A stretch of DNA of 64,000 nucleotides, taken from the NCBI GenBank assembly GCA_900549725.1, contig URPL01000007.1, forward strand, positions 6,031-70,030, read 5' to 3'. The stretch is from an uncultured Eubacteriales bacterium. Its GTDB lineage: Bacteria > Bacillota > Clostridia > Oscillospirales > CAG-272. Positions 27,549 to 37,917 of the stretch are shown one piece after another. Positions within the stretch are counted from its first letter, which is position 1. Every line of letters begins with the position of its first letter. The position numbers were made by a program, and so were the translations under genes. The notes under the pieces were generated by a model. It made no database searches and was not told the DNA's origin. It saw nothing but the letters and a program-made list of their open reading frames with translations.

Positions 27549-28943
27549 ATGATTCCTCCGCATGAGATCAACAACAAAGAATTTTCCAGAGTCGTTCGCG
27601 GCTATTCCATTCCGGAGGTGGACGAATATATCGCTTACCTGCGCGAGCAATATACGGAGCTGTATCGTGAAAACGATGCTTTGCAGCGCCGCCTTTCCCA
27701 AGCGGAGGCGGAGCTTGGCGAACTGAAAGCGGAAGAATCCGATATCCGAGCCGCGCTGATTACGGCGCAGAAGGCAGGCAAGAAGATCATTACCGATGCC
27801 AATGCACGCGCCGGCCGCATTACTATGCAGACGCGAATCGATTGCGAAAAAATATTGGAGGATTTCCGCCGCGAAAGCGCTCAGGAGCGCGAAACGCTTT
27901 CCGTGCTCAAGGGGCAGGTTGCAAATCTGAAGCAGCGGCTGTTTGAAATGTATTCCTCGCATATTTCCATGATTGAGCAGATTACGCCCAATATCAATGA
28001 AGATATTGCAAAAATGTCCGCCATTACGGATGATGAATATGCGGCTTCCCTGGCGGCTGAAATTCGCGGGAAGAGCGGAGTGGACGAAATTGTACCGACC
28101 TCGGTCGGTGCGGATGAAACCGTGAGCGACGAAGAGCTGGCGGCGCTTGCGCGCGTGTTCGGCGATTTGTCTGCAAAGGCTCCGGAGGCGCTTTTTGCCA
28201 AGCAGGACGGGAATGCCGACGGAAGCGAAGCCGAAGAGGCGGACAAAGCCGCGGCGGCGCAAACCGTGGTAGAAACGGAAATTGAGCCGGAAATCGAACC
28301 GACTGCCGATGCGGAGCCCTTGACAACGACTGCCGAGCCTCAGATTCCGCTTGCGGTGGATGAGGCGGAGGAATTGCTTTCGCTGCTGCGCCGCAAGGCA
28401 GAGGAAAAGCAGGCGGCGGAACAGGCGGCGCAGCAAGACGCGCAGGAAGATATCCAGGGCGAAATGCCGACAGCAGAGCCGGGGGAGGCTGCCGCGCCGG
28501 ACGAAGAAACGGCATCGGCCGGTGCCGCCGATGCACAGACGGAGGCGCCGATCGAAGCAGCGCCGGAACAGACGCTTTCCCTTCAGGCGGAGGATGCCTT
28601 TGCGGCACAGCCGGAGCAAGCCGATGCGCCGCAGAAAAAAGAAGAGGCGGCGCAGCAGGAAACGACCGTGCAAGCCGCACAGATACAGCAGCATACGGAA
28701 ACCGCCGCCGCACCGGAAAACGATGCAGAAAAGGAAGAGAACGAAGAAAACGAGGATATTTTCGATACGCTGCGGCGGCTGAATGAAGTATTCGGCGCGG
28801 AAGAGACGGAGGATGATGCCTCGGCACGGGAATTTTTCGATTCTTTGTCTTCTCCTGCGCAAAAGAAGGAAGAGGACGACCCGACCGAGCTGAGCATTGA
28901 GGAGCAGCTGCGCCGCGCCTATCCGAATCACGAAAACGAATAA
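27549..28943 (+). CDS. divIVA: DivIVA-domain protein with long acidic low-complexity tail
   Basis: N-terminus IPPHEINNKEFSRVVRGYSIPEVDEYI (the DivIVA lipid-binding domain), then a coiled-coil, then about 275 aa of E/A/Q/D-rich tail. Confidence 0.8.
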   Translation: MIPPHEINNKEFSRVVRGYSIPEVDEYIAYLREQYTELYRENDALQRRLSQAEAELGELKAEESDIRAALITAQKAGKKIITDANARAGRITMQTRIDCEKILEDFRRESAQERETLSVLKGQVANLKQRLFEMYSSHISMIEQITPNINEDIAKMSAITDDEYAASLAAEIRGKSGVDEIVPTSVGADETVSDEELAALARVFGDLSAKAPEALFAKQDGNADGSEAEEADKAAAAQTVVETEIEPEIEPTADAEPLTTTAEPQIPLAVDEAEELLSLLRRKAEEKQAAEQAAQQDAQEDIQGEMPTAEPGEAAAPDEETASAGAADAQTEAPIEAAPEQTLSLQAEDAFAAQPEQADAPQKKEEAAQQETTVQAAQIQQHTETAAAPENDAEKEENEENEDIFDTLRRLNEVFGAEETEDDASAREFFDSLSSPAQKKEEDDPTELSIEEQLRRAYPNHENE

Positions 28944-29014
28944 ACCGATTGTAGGTATCACTGGATTCTGAAAGAAACTGTTCATCGGGAAAGCACGAAA
29001 GGATTTTGAGAACC

Positions 29015-31849
29015 ATGCCAAAGGATTATACAAAGACGCTGAATCTGCCGAACACCTCGTTTGCCATGCGTGCAAATTTGCCGCTTAGAGAGGGCGAGAT
29101 GCTTGCGCATTTCGATGAAATCGATCTGTATCATAAAATGCTGCGGAAAAACGAGGGGAAGAAGCCCTTCGTTTTGCACGACGGCCCTCCGTTTTCCAAC
29201 GGCAATATTCATATGGGCACCGCGATGAATAAAATCTTAAAGGATTTTATCGTCAAATATCATGCAATGACGGGATATTATACCCCGTATGTTCCCGGTT
29301 GGGACAACCACGGCATGCCTATCGAAAGCGCGATCATCAAGAAAAACAAGCTCGACCGCAAAAAAATGACCGTGCCGGAATTTCGCCGTGCCTGTGAAAG
29401 CTTTGCCGCCGATTTTGTTTCGATTCAGTGCGAGCAGTTCCGCCGTCTCGGCGTTACGGGGGATTGGGAGAACCCGTATCTGACAATGAAGCCGGAGTTT
29501 GAGGCAAGAGAGCTGCGCGTATTCGGCAAAATGTATGAAAAGGGCTATATTTATAAAGGGCTCAAACCTGTTTACTGGTGCCCGCATGACGAAACCGCGC
29601 TGGCGGAGGCAGAGATCGATTATAAGGATGTGCCATGCACCTCGATCTATGTCAAATTCCGCACGGTGGATGATAAGGGGCTGTTCCGCCCGCTGTGCGG
29701 CGATTTGCCCGTTTATTTCATTATCTGGACCACAACGACATGGACACTGCCCGGCAACCTTGCCATTGCGCTGCACCCGGCGGAGGAATATGCGCTCATC
29801 CGCGCGGGAGAGTGCTGTTATGTAACGGCTGCGGCGCTTGCCGAAAAGACCATGAAGGCCGGCGGCATTGAGCAATACGAGATTCTCGGCACATTCCGCG
29901 GCAAGGAGCTTGAATTTGCAAAGGCGCGCCACCCGTTCCTTGAGCGCGACAGCGTAATCGTCAATGCCGACTATGTTACCATGGACAGCGGTACCGGCTG
30001 CGTGCATACGGCGCCCGGCTTCGGTGCGGACGACTATATCACGTGCCGCCGCTACAATATGGATATCATCGTTCCCGTGGACGACCGCGGATATCAGACC
30101 GAAGAGGCAGGGAAATATGCGGGGCTGTATTATGAAAAGTCCAATGAGGTGATCCTTGCGGATATGAAGGAGAGCGGTGCGCTGTTTGCGAGCGAAGAAT
30201 TCGTGCACTCGTATCCGCATTGCTGGAGATGCAAGCATCCGATCATCTTCCGCGCAACGCCGCAATGGTTCTGCTCCGTCGCCGCATTCCGCGATGAAGC
30301 GATCAAGGCATGCGCCGATGTGGAATGGATTCCAGCCTGGGGCGGAGAGCGTATGGTGCAGATGATACGCGAAAGAGCCGATTGGTGCATTTCCCGTCAG
30401 CGCCATTGGGGGCTTCCCATTCCCGTGTTCTATTGCGCGGATTGCGGGCAGGTAATCTGTAACGAAACAACGATTGACCATCTGAGCAAGCTCTTCGGGG
30501 AGCACGGCTCCAATGTATGGTTTGAAAAGAGCGCCGAGGAGCTTTTACCGCAGGGCTATGTCTGCGAAAAATGCGGCGGAACGCATTTTGCGAAAGAGAC
30601 GGATACGCTGGACGGCTGGTTTGATTCCGGCTCCTCCCATTTTTCCGTTTTGGAAAATAAGCCCGGCATGACCTGGCCGGCAGATCTGTATCTTGAGGGC
30701 GCCGACCAGTATCGCGGCTGGTTCCAATCCTCCATGCTGACCGCCGTTGCCGCAAGGGGGCAGGGGGCACCGTATCGCTCCGTGTTGACGCACGGCTGGG
30801 TTGTGGACGGCGAAGGGAAGCAGATGCACAAATCGCTCGGCAATGCCGTTGCCGCAGAGGATGTTGTGAAAAAATACGGCGCTGATCTTTTGCGCCTGTG
30901 GGTTGCTTCCTCCGATTACCGCGTGGATGTGCGGGTATCCGATGCGATTTTCAAGCAGCTTTCCGATGCATACCGCAAGATCCGCAACACTGCGCGCATC
31001 CTTTTGGCGGACCTTGGAGACGCCGGAACGGATTTTGTGCCAGACCGCGATCTTCTGCCCGCAGAAAAGCTGCTGCCCATTGACCGTTGGCTGCTTGCCA
31101 GACTCAATCGGCTGATTGCCACAGCACGCGCCGCTTATGAGAGCTATGAATTCCATTTGATCTATCATGCGGTATACAATTTCTGCACCACGGAGCTTTC
31201 CAAGCTTTATATCGATATCACCAAGGATCGCATGTATGCGGAGCTGAAAAACTCCGAGGCGCGCCGTGCCGCGCAAACGGCAATGTTCTATGCCCTTGAT
31301 ACGCTTACCAGGCTGATTGCCCCGCTTTTGGCATTTACTGCAGACGAGATCTGGCAGGCAATGCCGCACCGCGCTGCGGATAACGCAGAACATGTGATTC
31401 TCAATGAGATGCCTGCACTTTGCAAGGACTGGGAGTGCCCCGAAATCGAAACGCATTATGAAAATCTGTTCCGCATCCGCGATGATGTTATGAAAGCACT
31501 GGAAACGGCGCGCGCGGACAAGGTGATCGGCAAGAGCCTGGATGCAGACCTTGTGATCTACGCCGACGGTGAAAACTATGCTCTGCTTGACAGCTTCCGC
31601 GCGGAGCTGCCGACGCTGTTCATCGTATCCGCCGTGCAGCTGAACCTCAGGGACGGCAGCGAGCAGAACACGTTTTGCGGCGAGAGCGGGCTTACCGTTA
31701 AGGTGCAGCCGGCTGCCGGCGAGCGCTGTGACCGTTGCTGGAATTACAGCGCTGAGTGCACGCAGGATGAAGCGGCGGAGGGAGAAGAGAGCGCGCATGT
31801 TTGCCCGCGTTGCGCTGCTGTTTTGCGTCAAATTCGTCAGAGCCGCTGA
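29015..31849 (+). CDS. ileS: Isoleucine--tRNA ligase
   Basis: HIGH-type motif (PFSNGNIHMGT), KMSKS-type motif (KQMHKSLG) and a C-terminal Zn ribbon CDRCW..CPRC. Start at ATG 29015. Confidence 0.95.
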   Translation: MPKDYTKTLNLPNTSFAMRANLPLREGEMLAHFDEIDLYHKMLRKNEGKKPFVLHDGPPFSNGNIHMGTAMNKILKDFIVKYHAMTGYYTPYVPGWDNHGMPIESAIIKKNKLDRKKMTVPEFRRACESFAADFVSIQCEQFRRLGVTGDWENPYLTMKPEFEARELRVFGKMYEKGYIYKGLKPVYWCPHDETALAEAEIDYKDVPCTSIYVKFRTVDDKGLFRPLCGDLPVYFIIWTTTTWTLPGNLAIALHPAEEYALIRAGECCYVTAAALAEKTMKAGGIEQYEILGTFRGKELEFAKARHPFLERDSVIVNADYVTMDSGTGCVHTAPGFGADDYITCRRYNMDIIVPVDDRGYQTEEAGKYAGLYYEKSNEVILADMKESGALFASEEFVHSYPHCWRCKHPIIFRATPQWFCSVAAFRDEAIKACADVEWIPAWGGERMVQMIRERADWCISRQRHWGLPIPVFYCADCGQVICNETTIDHLSKLFGEHGSNVWFEKSAEELLPQGYVCEKCGGTHFAKETDTLDGWFDSGSSHFSVLENKPGMTWPADLYLEGADQYRGWFQSSMLTAVAARGQGAPYRSVLTHGWVVDGEGKQMHKSLGNAVAAEDVVKKYGADLLRLWVASSDYRVDVRVSDAIFKQLSDAYRKIRNTARILLADLGDAGTDFVPDRDLLPAEKLLPIDRWLLARLNRLIATARAAYESYEFHLIYHAVYNFCTTELSKLYIDITKDRMYAELKNSEARRAAQTAMFYALDTLTRLIAPLLAFTADEIWQAMPHRAADNAEHVILNEMPALCKDWECPEIETHYENLFRIRDDVMKALETARADKVIGKSLDADLVIYADGENYALLDSFRAELPTLFIVSAVQLNLRDGSEQNTFCGESGLTVKVQPAAGERCDRCWNYSAECTQDEAAEGEESAHVCPRCAAVLRQIRQSR

Positions 31850-31961
31850 TTGCACGCATTTTTTGCGGGGTATGTCCGTATGGGCTGCCCCGCAAATTTC
31901 GTTATATTTGCAAAAAAACGCGCATGGCTGCTTGCTTTGCCGTGCGGCACAGGGGGGCTAT

Positions 31962-32522
31962 ATGACAAACAGAGAAAAACTGGAGGCGGCGGCGCAGCGC
32001 TGCGCTGCATGCGAGGGCTGCGCACTTTGCAAAACGCGCACGCATTTGGTCTACGGCACGGGAAACCCGGAGGCAAGCCTTGTTTTTGTCGGAGAAGCGC
32101 CGGGCGAAAAAGAGGATCTTGCCGGCATTCCTTTTGTCGGGCCCGCCGGGCAGCTGTTTGATTTATATTTGGATGCGGTCGGCTTGCATCGCGAGCAGGT
32201 ATATATCTGCAATATTCTCAAGTGCCGCCCGCCGCACAATCGCGATCCGCTGTCAGAGGAAATGGGCATCTGCATGGAGCATCTGCGTGAGCAGATCAAA
32301 ATCATTGCCCCGAAGCTGATCGTGTGCCTCGGCAGAATCGCCGCGGGGCAGCTGATCAAGCCCGATTTCAAGGTGACAAGGGAGCACGGTGCCTTTTTTG
32401 AAAAGGGACAGTTTACCCTGTGCGGGATCTATCATCCCTCTGCGCTTTTGCGCGATCCTTCTAAAAGAGAGGATATGTACCGCGATATGAAACAGATCGC
32501 GCAGCGGTATCGGCAGCTGTAA
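31962..32522 (+). CDS. Uracil-DNA glycosylase, family 4
   Basis: Fe-S Cys cluster region (CAACEGCALC), plus GEAPGEKED, FVGPAGQLFD and HPSALLR motifs. Confidence 0.85.
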   Translation: MTNREKLEAAAQRCAACEGCALCKTRTHLVYGTGNPEASLVFVGEAPGEKEDLAGIPFVGPAGQLFDLYLDAVGLHREQVYICNILKCRPPHNRDPLSEEMGICMEHLREQIKIIAPKLIVCLGRIAAGQLIKPDFKVTREHGAFFEKGQFTLCGIYHPSALLRDPSKREDMYRDMKQIAQRYRQL

Positions 32523-32552
32523 GGCTGGCGGCTTGTGCAAAGGATTTTTACA

Positions 32553-33491
32553 ATGTCAATACTTTCCCTGATTGAACTTGTCGGCGGTTTTTTGCTTGTG
32601 ATTGCCGTCGGATTTCTTTTTTCCGCCCTTGGCTTTTTTCCGGGGGATTTTACAAAAAAGCTTTCCCGCGTTGTGCTGTGTGTGCTGCAGCCGTTTATGC
32701 TGTTCACGGCGCTGCTCGGCATTCCTTATTCGGCGCAGGCGCTGAAAAAAGGTCTGTTTGTGATGCTGCTCAGCCTTGCGGTGCACGGTGTGCTCGGGCT
32801 GATCGGTTTTCTTGCCGCAAAACCGCTGAAAAACCGCGCGGAGCAAAAATTGATGCGCTTTTGCACCATGTTTACAAACGGCGGATTTCTGGGCTTTCCC
32901 GTGTTGATGGCGCTGCTCGGTGCGCAGGGCAAATTTTTTGGGGCTTTTTGGGTGGTTGTGTTCAACACGCTGAGCTGGACCTGGGGGCTTGCCATTATGC
33001 GCCGCGGCGACCCGGACGCCGAGGTCTTTTCTTTTCGTAAGCTGTTCAATTTCGGCTCTGTGCCGTGTCTGCTCGGAATTGCCGCATATGCCGTACAGCT
33101 GCCTGTTCCGCAATTTCTGCTGGACACCATGACAAAGCTCGGCGATACATGTGCTCCGCTTGTGCTCCTGATCATCGGGGCGAATCTGCAGAAAATTCAG
33201 CCGAAACGGTCGATCCTTGATCCAAAGGCGTTCTATCTTGCCGCAGTACGACTGTTGCTGTGCCCCGTCGTCGTCGCCGCGCTTTGCAGGCTCTGCCGCA
33301 TTCCGGACGATTTTTCGATTTTGTGTCTGATTATGTCTTCGCTGCCGAGCGCCTCCATGTGTGTGATGTTTGCGGAGGTTTATGATGTGCATCCCGAAAT
33401 TGCCTCGCGCAATGTGGGCATCGTGACGGCGCTTTCCTGTTTTTCCATTCCGCTTGCGCTGTTTCTCGGGCAGCGGATTTTAGCGCTTTGA
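32553..33491 (+). CDS. AEC (auxin-efflux-carrier) family transporter
   Basis: About 312 aa and roughly 10 TM helices, with typical AEC length and hydrophobic pattern. Followed by a strong terminator. Confidence 0.7.
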   Translation: MSILSLIELVGGFLLVIAVGFLFSALGFFPGDFTKKLSRVVLCVLQPFMLFTALLGIPYSAQALKKGLFVMLLSLAVHGVLGLIGFLAAKPLKNRAEQKLMRFCTMFTNGGFLGFPVLMALLGAQGKFFGAFWVVVFNTLSWTWGLAIMRRGDPDAEVFSFRKLFNFGSVPCLLGIAAYAVQLPVPQFLLDTMTKLGDTCAPLVLLIIGANLQKIQPKRSILDPKAFYLAAVRLLLCPVVVAALCRLCRIPDDFSILCLIMSSLPSASMCVMFAEVYDVHPEIASRNVGIVTALSCFSIPLALFLGQRILAL

Positions 33492-33503
33492 ACCGAAAAA
33501 TTG

Positions 33504-33531
33504 ACGGCTGTCGGGACGACAGCCGTTTTTT
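33504..33531 (+). terminator. Intrinsic terminator
   Basis: Perfect 10-bp arms ACGGCTGTCG / CGACAGCCGT, then TTTTTT. Confidence 0.8.
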
Positions 33532-33563
33532 ACTGAATTTTCTAATTTGTTTTTGATAAGGGG

Positions 33564-33592
33564 TTGACATGCGTTCATTTTATGTGTATAAT
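33564..33592 (+). promoter_or_regulatory. Perfect consensus sigma-A promoter TTGACA-17-TATAAT
   Basis: TTGACA at 33564..33569, a 17-nt spacer, TATAAT at 33587..33592. Lies 52 nt upstream of the SBP start. Confidence 0.65.
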
Positions 33593-33643
33593 ATGCAGTA
33601 AATGAACAACACAATGTTCTGAATAACGATGGGAGAGATTTTG

Positions 33644-34636
33644 ATGTTGAAAAAGATAGTTTTTATTTTTTTGAGTGCGGTGCTTTTGCTCGGCTCGGTG
33701 ATGCTTGCTTCCTGCGAAAAGAAAAAGGTTGTCACGGTGTATGCAACCTGCGAGGATTATCGCATTGAAAACGCGCAGAAAATGTTTGATGAAAAGTTTC
33801 CGGAACTTGAGGTGCGGGTGGAATACAAGTCCACGGGTGACCTTTCCTCCAAGCTGATCGCCGAGGGTGAAAAAACCGATTGTGATATTATCATGGAGCT
33901 GGAAAACGCTTACATGGAAAAAATAGCTGACAATCTTGCAACCCTTGACGGTGTCGATTTCAGTGTATATCAGGAAAGCCTGATCCCGGCAAGCCATAAA
34001 TATGTGCCGCTGATTGTTTCAAGCGGGGCAATTATCATAAGCCCCTCAGTTCTGAATGCAAAAGGTTTACCTACGCCAACCGGTTATGATGATCTGTTAA
34101 AAGAAGAATACAAGGGATTGATTTCCATGCCGAGTCCGAAGAGCTCCAGCACGGGCTACATGTTTTTGTTGAATTTGGTGAATGCTTGGGGCGAGGAAAA
34201 AGCGTTTGAATATTTCGATCGGCTTTCCGAGAATATCTCGGGTGCCGGTTTTACCTCTTCCGGTTCCGGCCCGGTACAGGCACTTAAGCTTGGCGAAGCG
34301 GCTATTGCACTCGGTATGACCTCGCAGGCAGTTGTTGAAATCAATGATAACGGCGCGGATTTCACCGTTCAGTATTTTGAAGAAGGTGCGCCCTATGATG
34401 TATATTCCAGTGCGATCATGAAGGGACATGAAAGCGATGCGGATGTGATGCGCGTGTTTGAATATCTTGTTTCCGATGTTACCCCTGCAGATAAAGAGCT
34501 GTATGCGCCGGAAACGATTTACAAAGACCGCACCTTTACAAAGCCCAACTATCCGCAAACCATCCCCTACGGCGATATGACGGGATTGGAAGATATCACC
34601 TGCAAGGAAGGACTTTTGAACAAGTGGAAATACTGA
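33644..34636 (+). CDS. ABC transporter substrate-binding lipoprotein (Fe3+/thiamine/2-aminoethylphosphonate-type cluster)
   Basis: GGGAGAG SD and lipobox VMLASC. A single-lobe-pair SBP of about 330 aa. The family placement is inferred from architecture and operon type. Confidence 0.7.
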   Translation: MLKKIVFIFLSAVLLLGSVMLASCEKKKVVTVYATCEDYRIENAQKMFDEKFPELEVRVEYKSTGDLSSKLIAEGEKTDCDIIMELENAYMEKIADNLATLDGVDFSVYQESLIPASHKYVPLIVSSGAIIISPSVLNAKGLPTPTGYDDLLKEEYKGLISMPSPKSSSTGYMFLLNLVNAWGEEKAFEYFDRLSENISGAGFTSSGSGPVQALKLGEAAIALGMTSQAVVEINDNGADFTVQYFEEGAPYDVYSSAIMKGHESDADVMRVFEYLVSDVTPADKELYAPETIYKDRTFTKPNYPQTIPYGDMTGLEDITCKEGLLNKWKY

Positions 34637-35376
34637 GAGCGGAGCACCTGAAAAAAAACTATGCCGGCGTAACGGCGCTGGACGATGTTGATTTTTCGGT
34701 GCAGGAGGGCGAATTTCTTTCCATTTTAGGGCCCTCCGGCTGCGGCAAAACAACGCTTTTGCGCATTTTGATTGGGCTGCTTGCGCCGGACGAGGGGCGA
34801 GTGCTTCTGCACGACGAGGATATCACGCAAAATGCGCCCGACCGCCGGCAGATGGGCATTGTGTTTCAAAACTATGCGCTGTTTGAAAACATGACCGTTC
34901 GACGCAATATCGAATATGCCATGAAGCTGCGCCCCGCGCTGCGCGCCAAGGCTTCGCAGCGCGCGACGGAGCTGATGGAGCGCGTGGGGCTCACAGAGCA
35001 TGCCGAAAAATATCCGGCGCAGCTTTCCGGCGGGCAGCAGCAGCGCGTCGCCATTGCGCGCACGCTGGCGCTCAGCCCTGCAATCATTCTGTTTGACGAG
35101 CCGATGAGCGCCCTGGATGTGGAAACGCGCCTCGCGCTGCGCCGCGAGCTGAAAACGATTCAGAAGGATCTGGGCACAACGATGATCTACATCACGCACG
35201 ACCAGGAGGAGGCGTTTGCCCTGTCCGACCGCATTATGGTGATGGGGAATGCAAAAATTCATCAGCTTGATACGCCCGCGCAGATTCTGGATGCGCCTGC
35301 GAACGAGTATGTGCGCCGCTTTGTGATTGATAATCTCAAGGCAAAAATCGATTCTCTTGCCAAATACATGCGGTAA
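34624..35376 (+). CDS. ABC transporter ATP-binding protein
   Basis: Walker A GPSGCGKTT, signature LSGGQQQR and Walker B ILFDEP. GTG start overlapping the SBP stop. No C-terminal regulatory (TOBE) domain. Confidence 0.85.
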   Translation: MEILRAEHLKKNYAGVTALDDVDFSVQEGEFLSILGPSGCGKTTLLRILIGLLAPDEGRVLLHDEDITQNAPDRRQMGIVFQNYALFENMTVRRNIEYAMKLRPALRAKASQRATELMERVGLTEHAEKYPAQLSGGQQQRVAIARTLALSPAIILFDEPMSALDVETRLALRRELKTIQKDLGTTMIYITHDQEEAFALSDRIMVMGNAKIHQLDTPAQILDAPANEYVRRFVIDNLKAKIDSLAKYMR

Positions 35377-35387
35377 GGGGGCGCGCC

Positions 35388-36995
35388 ATGCAAACTGTGA
35401 AAAAAACGGGCGGTGTGTTTCGAACCGCCACGGTGCTCCTGCTGTGTTGCTTTTTCCTGCTCTTTGTGATTTGCCCGCTGGGGGCGATGCTGTTAAATCT
35501 CGGCAAGGCGGATCTCGGAGCGTTGCTCCAAGACGGCTCCATTCGCACGGCGGCGGGTCATTCGTTGCTGGTTTCTCTGTGCGCAACCGTGATTTCCATT
35601 GCGGTTGCGGCGGTAGCTGCGGTATGCGTCAGCCGCACGGCGGTGCGGCTGAAATCCTTTTTCTCCGTTTTGATTCTTTTGCCTATGCTCATTCCGTCAA
35701 TTTCACACGGCATGGGGCTGACAATCCTGTTTGGGCAAAACGGAACGCTGACAAAGTTACTTGGCATGCAAAACGGTATTTACGGCTTTCCCGGGATCGT
35801 GGTCGGCTCTGTGATGTATGCCTTTCCGGTTGCATTCCTCATGATCTGCGATATTCTGCGATATGAGGATGCAACGCCGTATGAAGCGGCAAGAGTGCTC
35901 GGCATCGGCAAAGCTCGCCGCTTTTGCGCGATTACGCTGCCGTATCTGACAAAACCAATGATCAGCGTATTTTTTGCCGTATTCACGATGATTATCACGG
36001 ATTACGGCGTGCCGCTGATGATCGGCGGCAAATATAAAACGCTGCCGGTTTTGATGTATGAAGAGGTCATCGGGCGGCAGGATTTTGCAAAGGGGAGCTT
36101 TTTCGGCGTGATTTTGCTGCTGCCCGCTGTGATTGCATTTTTTGTGGATTTATTCTGCAAAAACGATCGCCGCAGCGGCTCGGTTGCAAGAGAGTTCACC
36201 CTATCGAAAAAGTTCGTGCGCGATGCGCTTGCCTTTGTGTATCTTGCGGTGCTTTCCGTCTGCGTGATTTATCCGATCGCTTCTTTTGCGGAGCTTGCCT
36301 TCACCAAGGCATATCCGATCGATCTGACCTTCACGCTGCACCATGTGCAGAATACCTTCCGCAAGGGCGCGGGCGATTATCTGCTCAATTCCGTGCTCAT
36401 TGCCTGCGGAACTGCGCTGCTCGGCACGGCGACGGCATTTCTCAGCGCCTGCTTTACGGCGCGTGATCGCGCGCGCGGCTCCCGCTTTTTGCACCTGATG
36501 TCCATTTTGTCGCTTGCCATTCCTGGCATTGTGCTCGGGCTTTCCTATGTGCTGTTTTTCAGCGGGACATTTCTCTATGCAACGCTGGCAATTCTGATCC
36601 TCGCCAATACGATCCACTTTTTCTCCTCCCCGTATCTGATGATGTACAACAGCATTGGAAAGCTCAGCCCGAATTTGGAGGCGGCTGCCGCAACGCTCGG
36701 CATCAAAAAGGCGCGTTTGATTTTTGATATTATTCTGCCGCAGACGCGCTCTACATTGGCTGAAATGTTTTCGTATTTCTTTGTCAACTCCATGATGACC
36801 ATTTCCGCCGTTGCGTTTTTGGCAACGCTTACGACAAAGCCGATTGCGCTGATGATTCCGCAGTTTGAGGCGCAGATGCTGCTTGAGGCATCGGCATTTG
36901 TTTCCGTTTTGATTTTGGCGGTTAATCTGCTGCTCAAGGGCGCGGTGGCGCTTTTGAAGAGAGGTATGGAGCGGCGCAGAACGACCGCCCGCTGA
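35388..36995 (+). CDS. ABC transporter permease, fused double-domain (FbpB/ThiP/PhnUV-like)
   Basis: 535 aa of polytopic protein made of two tandem permease halves. Confidence 0.8.
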   Translation: MQTVKKTGGVFRTATVLLLCCFFLLFVICPLGAMLLNLGKADLGALLQDGSIRTAAGHSLLVSLCATVISIAVAAVAAVCVSRTAVRLKSFFSVLILLPMLIPSISHGMGLTILFGQNGTLTKLLGMQNGIYGFPGIVVGSVMYAFPVAFLMICDILRYEDATPYEAARVLGIGKARRFCAITLPYLTKPMISVFFAVFTMIITDYGVPLMIGGKYKTLPVLMYEEVIGRQDFAKGSFFGVILLLPAVIAFFVDLFCKNDRRSGSVAREFTLSKKFVRDALAFVYLAVLSVCVIYPIASFAELAFTKAYPIDLTFTLHHVQNTFRKGAGDYLLNSVLIACGTALLGTATAFLSACFTARDRARGSRFLHLMSILSLAIPGIVLGLSYVLFFSGTFLYATLAILILANTIHFFSSPYLMMYNSIGKLSPNLEAAAATLGIKKARLIFDIILPQTRSTLAEMFSYFFVNSMMTISAVAFLATLTTKPIALMIPQFEAQMLLEASAFVSVLILAVNLLLKGAVALLKRGMERRRTTAR

Positions 36996-37018
36996 AAAAC
37001 CGGAAAAGGAGATATAAC

Positions 37019-37903
37019 ATGCTGACAAAAAAACAATTTGATATTCTTACCGCGCTTGAAGCCGACGCAAAATTGACGCAGCGCGCCTTGGCGCAGAAAA
37101 CGGGCATGTCTCTCGGGACGGCGAATAAAACGCTTGGCGAGCTGAGCGCCCTTGGATATACAAAGGACGGCGCGCTGACGGAAAGCGCCCGTGCAGCGCT
37201 TGAGCCGTATCGCGTGAAGCGGGCAATTTTCATTGCCGCGGGCTTTGGCTCGCGTTTGGTGCCGATCACGCTGAATACCCCAAAGCCTCTGGTGCGCGTC
37301 AAAGGCAGGCGCATCATCGAAAGCCTGCTGGATGCCGTGGTTGCGGCGGGGATTGAGGAAATTTATATTGTGCGCGGGTATCTTTCCGAACAGTTTGACC
37401 AGCTGCTTTATAAATACCCGACGATTAAGTTTATCGAAAACCCGGCGTATAATGAGGCAAACAACATCTCCTCCATGATGTGCGCGCGCTATCTTTTGCA
37501 AAGCGCATATGTTTTTGAAGCGGATCTTTTGCTGTATAACCCGACACTGATTACAAAATATCAATATTCCACCAATTATCTCGGCGTGCCCGTTGCAATG
37601 ACGAACGACTGGTGCTTTACCGTGAAAAACGGCTATATCACGCATCTTGGCGTCGGCGGCAGGGATTGCTGTCATATGTTCGGCATTTCCTATTGGAGCG
37701 CCGAGGACGGCGCAAAGCTTGCAGGGCATATTGAAAAGGTGTATCAGTCGCCCGGCGGGAAAGAGCGCTATTGGGATCAGGTCGCTTTTGACTATTATCC
37801 CTCCGAATATAAAATTTCCGTTCGCGAATGCAGCTTTGAGGATATTGTGGAAATCGATACTTTCCGCGAGCTCAAGCAGTTGGACGAGACATACGATGTA
37901 TAA
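37019..37903 (+). CDS. Winged-HTH fused to LicC-family cytidylyltransferase (phosphocholine/phosphonate-type NTP transferase)
   Basis: The N-terminal ~65 aa are MarR-like wHTH (FDILTALEADAKLTQRALAQKTGMSLGTANKTLGEL). The remainder is LicC-like: AIFIAAGFGSRLVPITLNTPKPLV, YIVRGYLSEQFDQL, YNEANNISS, YWDQV and EIDTFRELKQLD. Confidence 0.8.
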   Translation: MLTKKQFDILTALEADAKLTQRALAQKTGMSLGTANKTLGELSALGYTKDGALTESARAALEPYRVKRAIFIAAGFGSRLVPITLNTPKPLVRVKGRRIIESLLDAVVAAGIEEIYIVRGYLSEQFDQLLYKYPTIKFIENPAYNEANNISSMMCARYLLQSAYVFEADLLLYNPTLITKYQYSTNYLGVPVAMTNDWCFTVKNGYITHLGVGGRDCCHMFGISYWSAEDGAKLAGHIEKVYQSPGGKERYWDQVAFDYYPSEYKISVRECSFEDIVEIDTFRELKQLDETYDV

Positions 37904-37917
37904 AAATCGAAAAAGCG

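Noticed and set aside
28944-29014. T-box leader expected upstream of ileS
   Set aside because: Only 71 nt separate the divIVA stop from the ileS ATG. There is no specifier loop, T-box sequence or terminator, so none is called.
27522-29075. 517-aa (and nested 330-aa) ORFs on the minus strand
   Set aside because: They are antisense to divIVA. They arise because the GAA/GCG-rich acidic-tail codons lack stops on the opposite strand. The translation is Arg/Leu/Phe-rich nonsense.
31850-31961. Terminator after ileS (GCGGGG-N17-CCCCGC)
   Set aside because: The 6-7-bp stem has a 17-nt loop and only a weak AATTTCGTT tail. It is plausible but not convincing enough to list as a feature.
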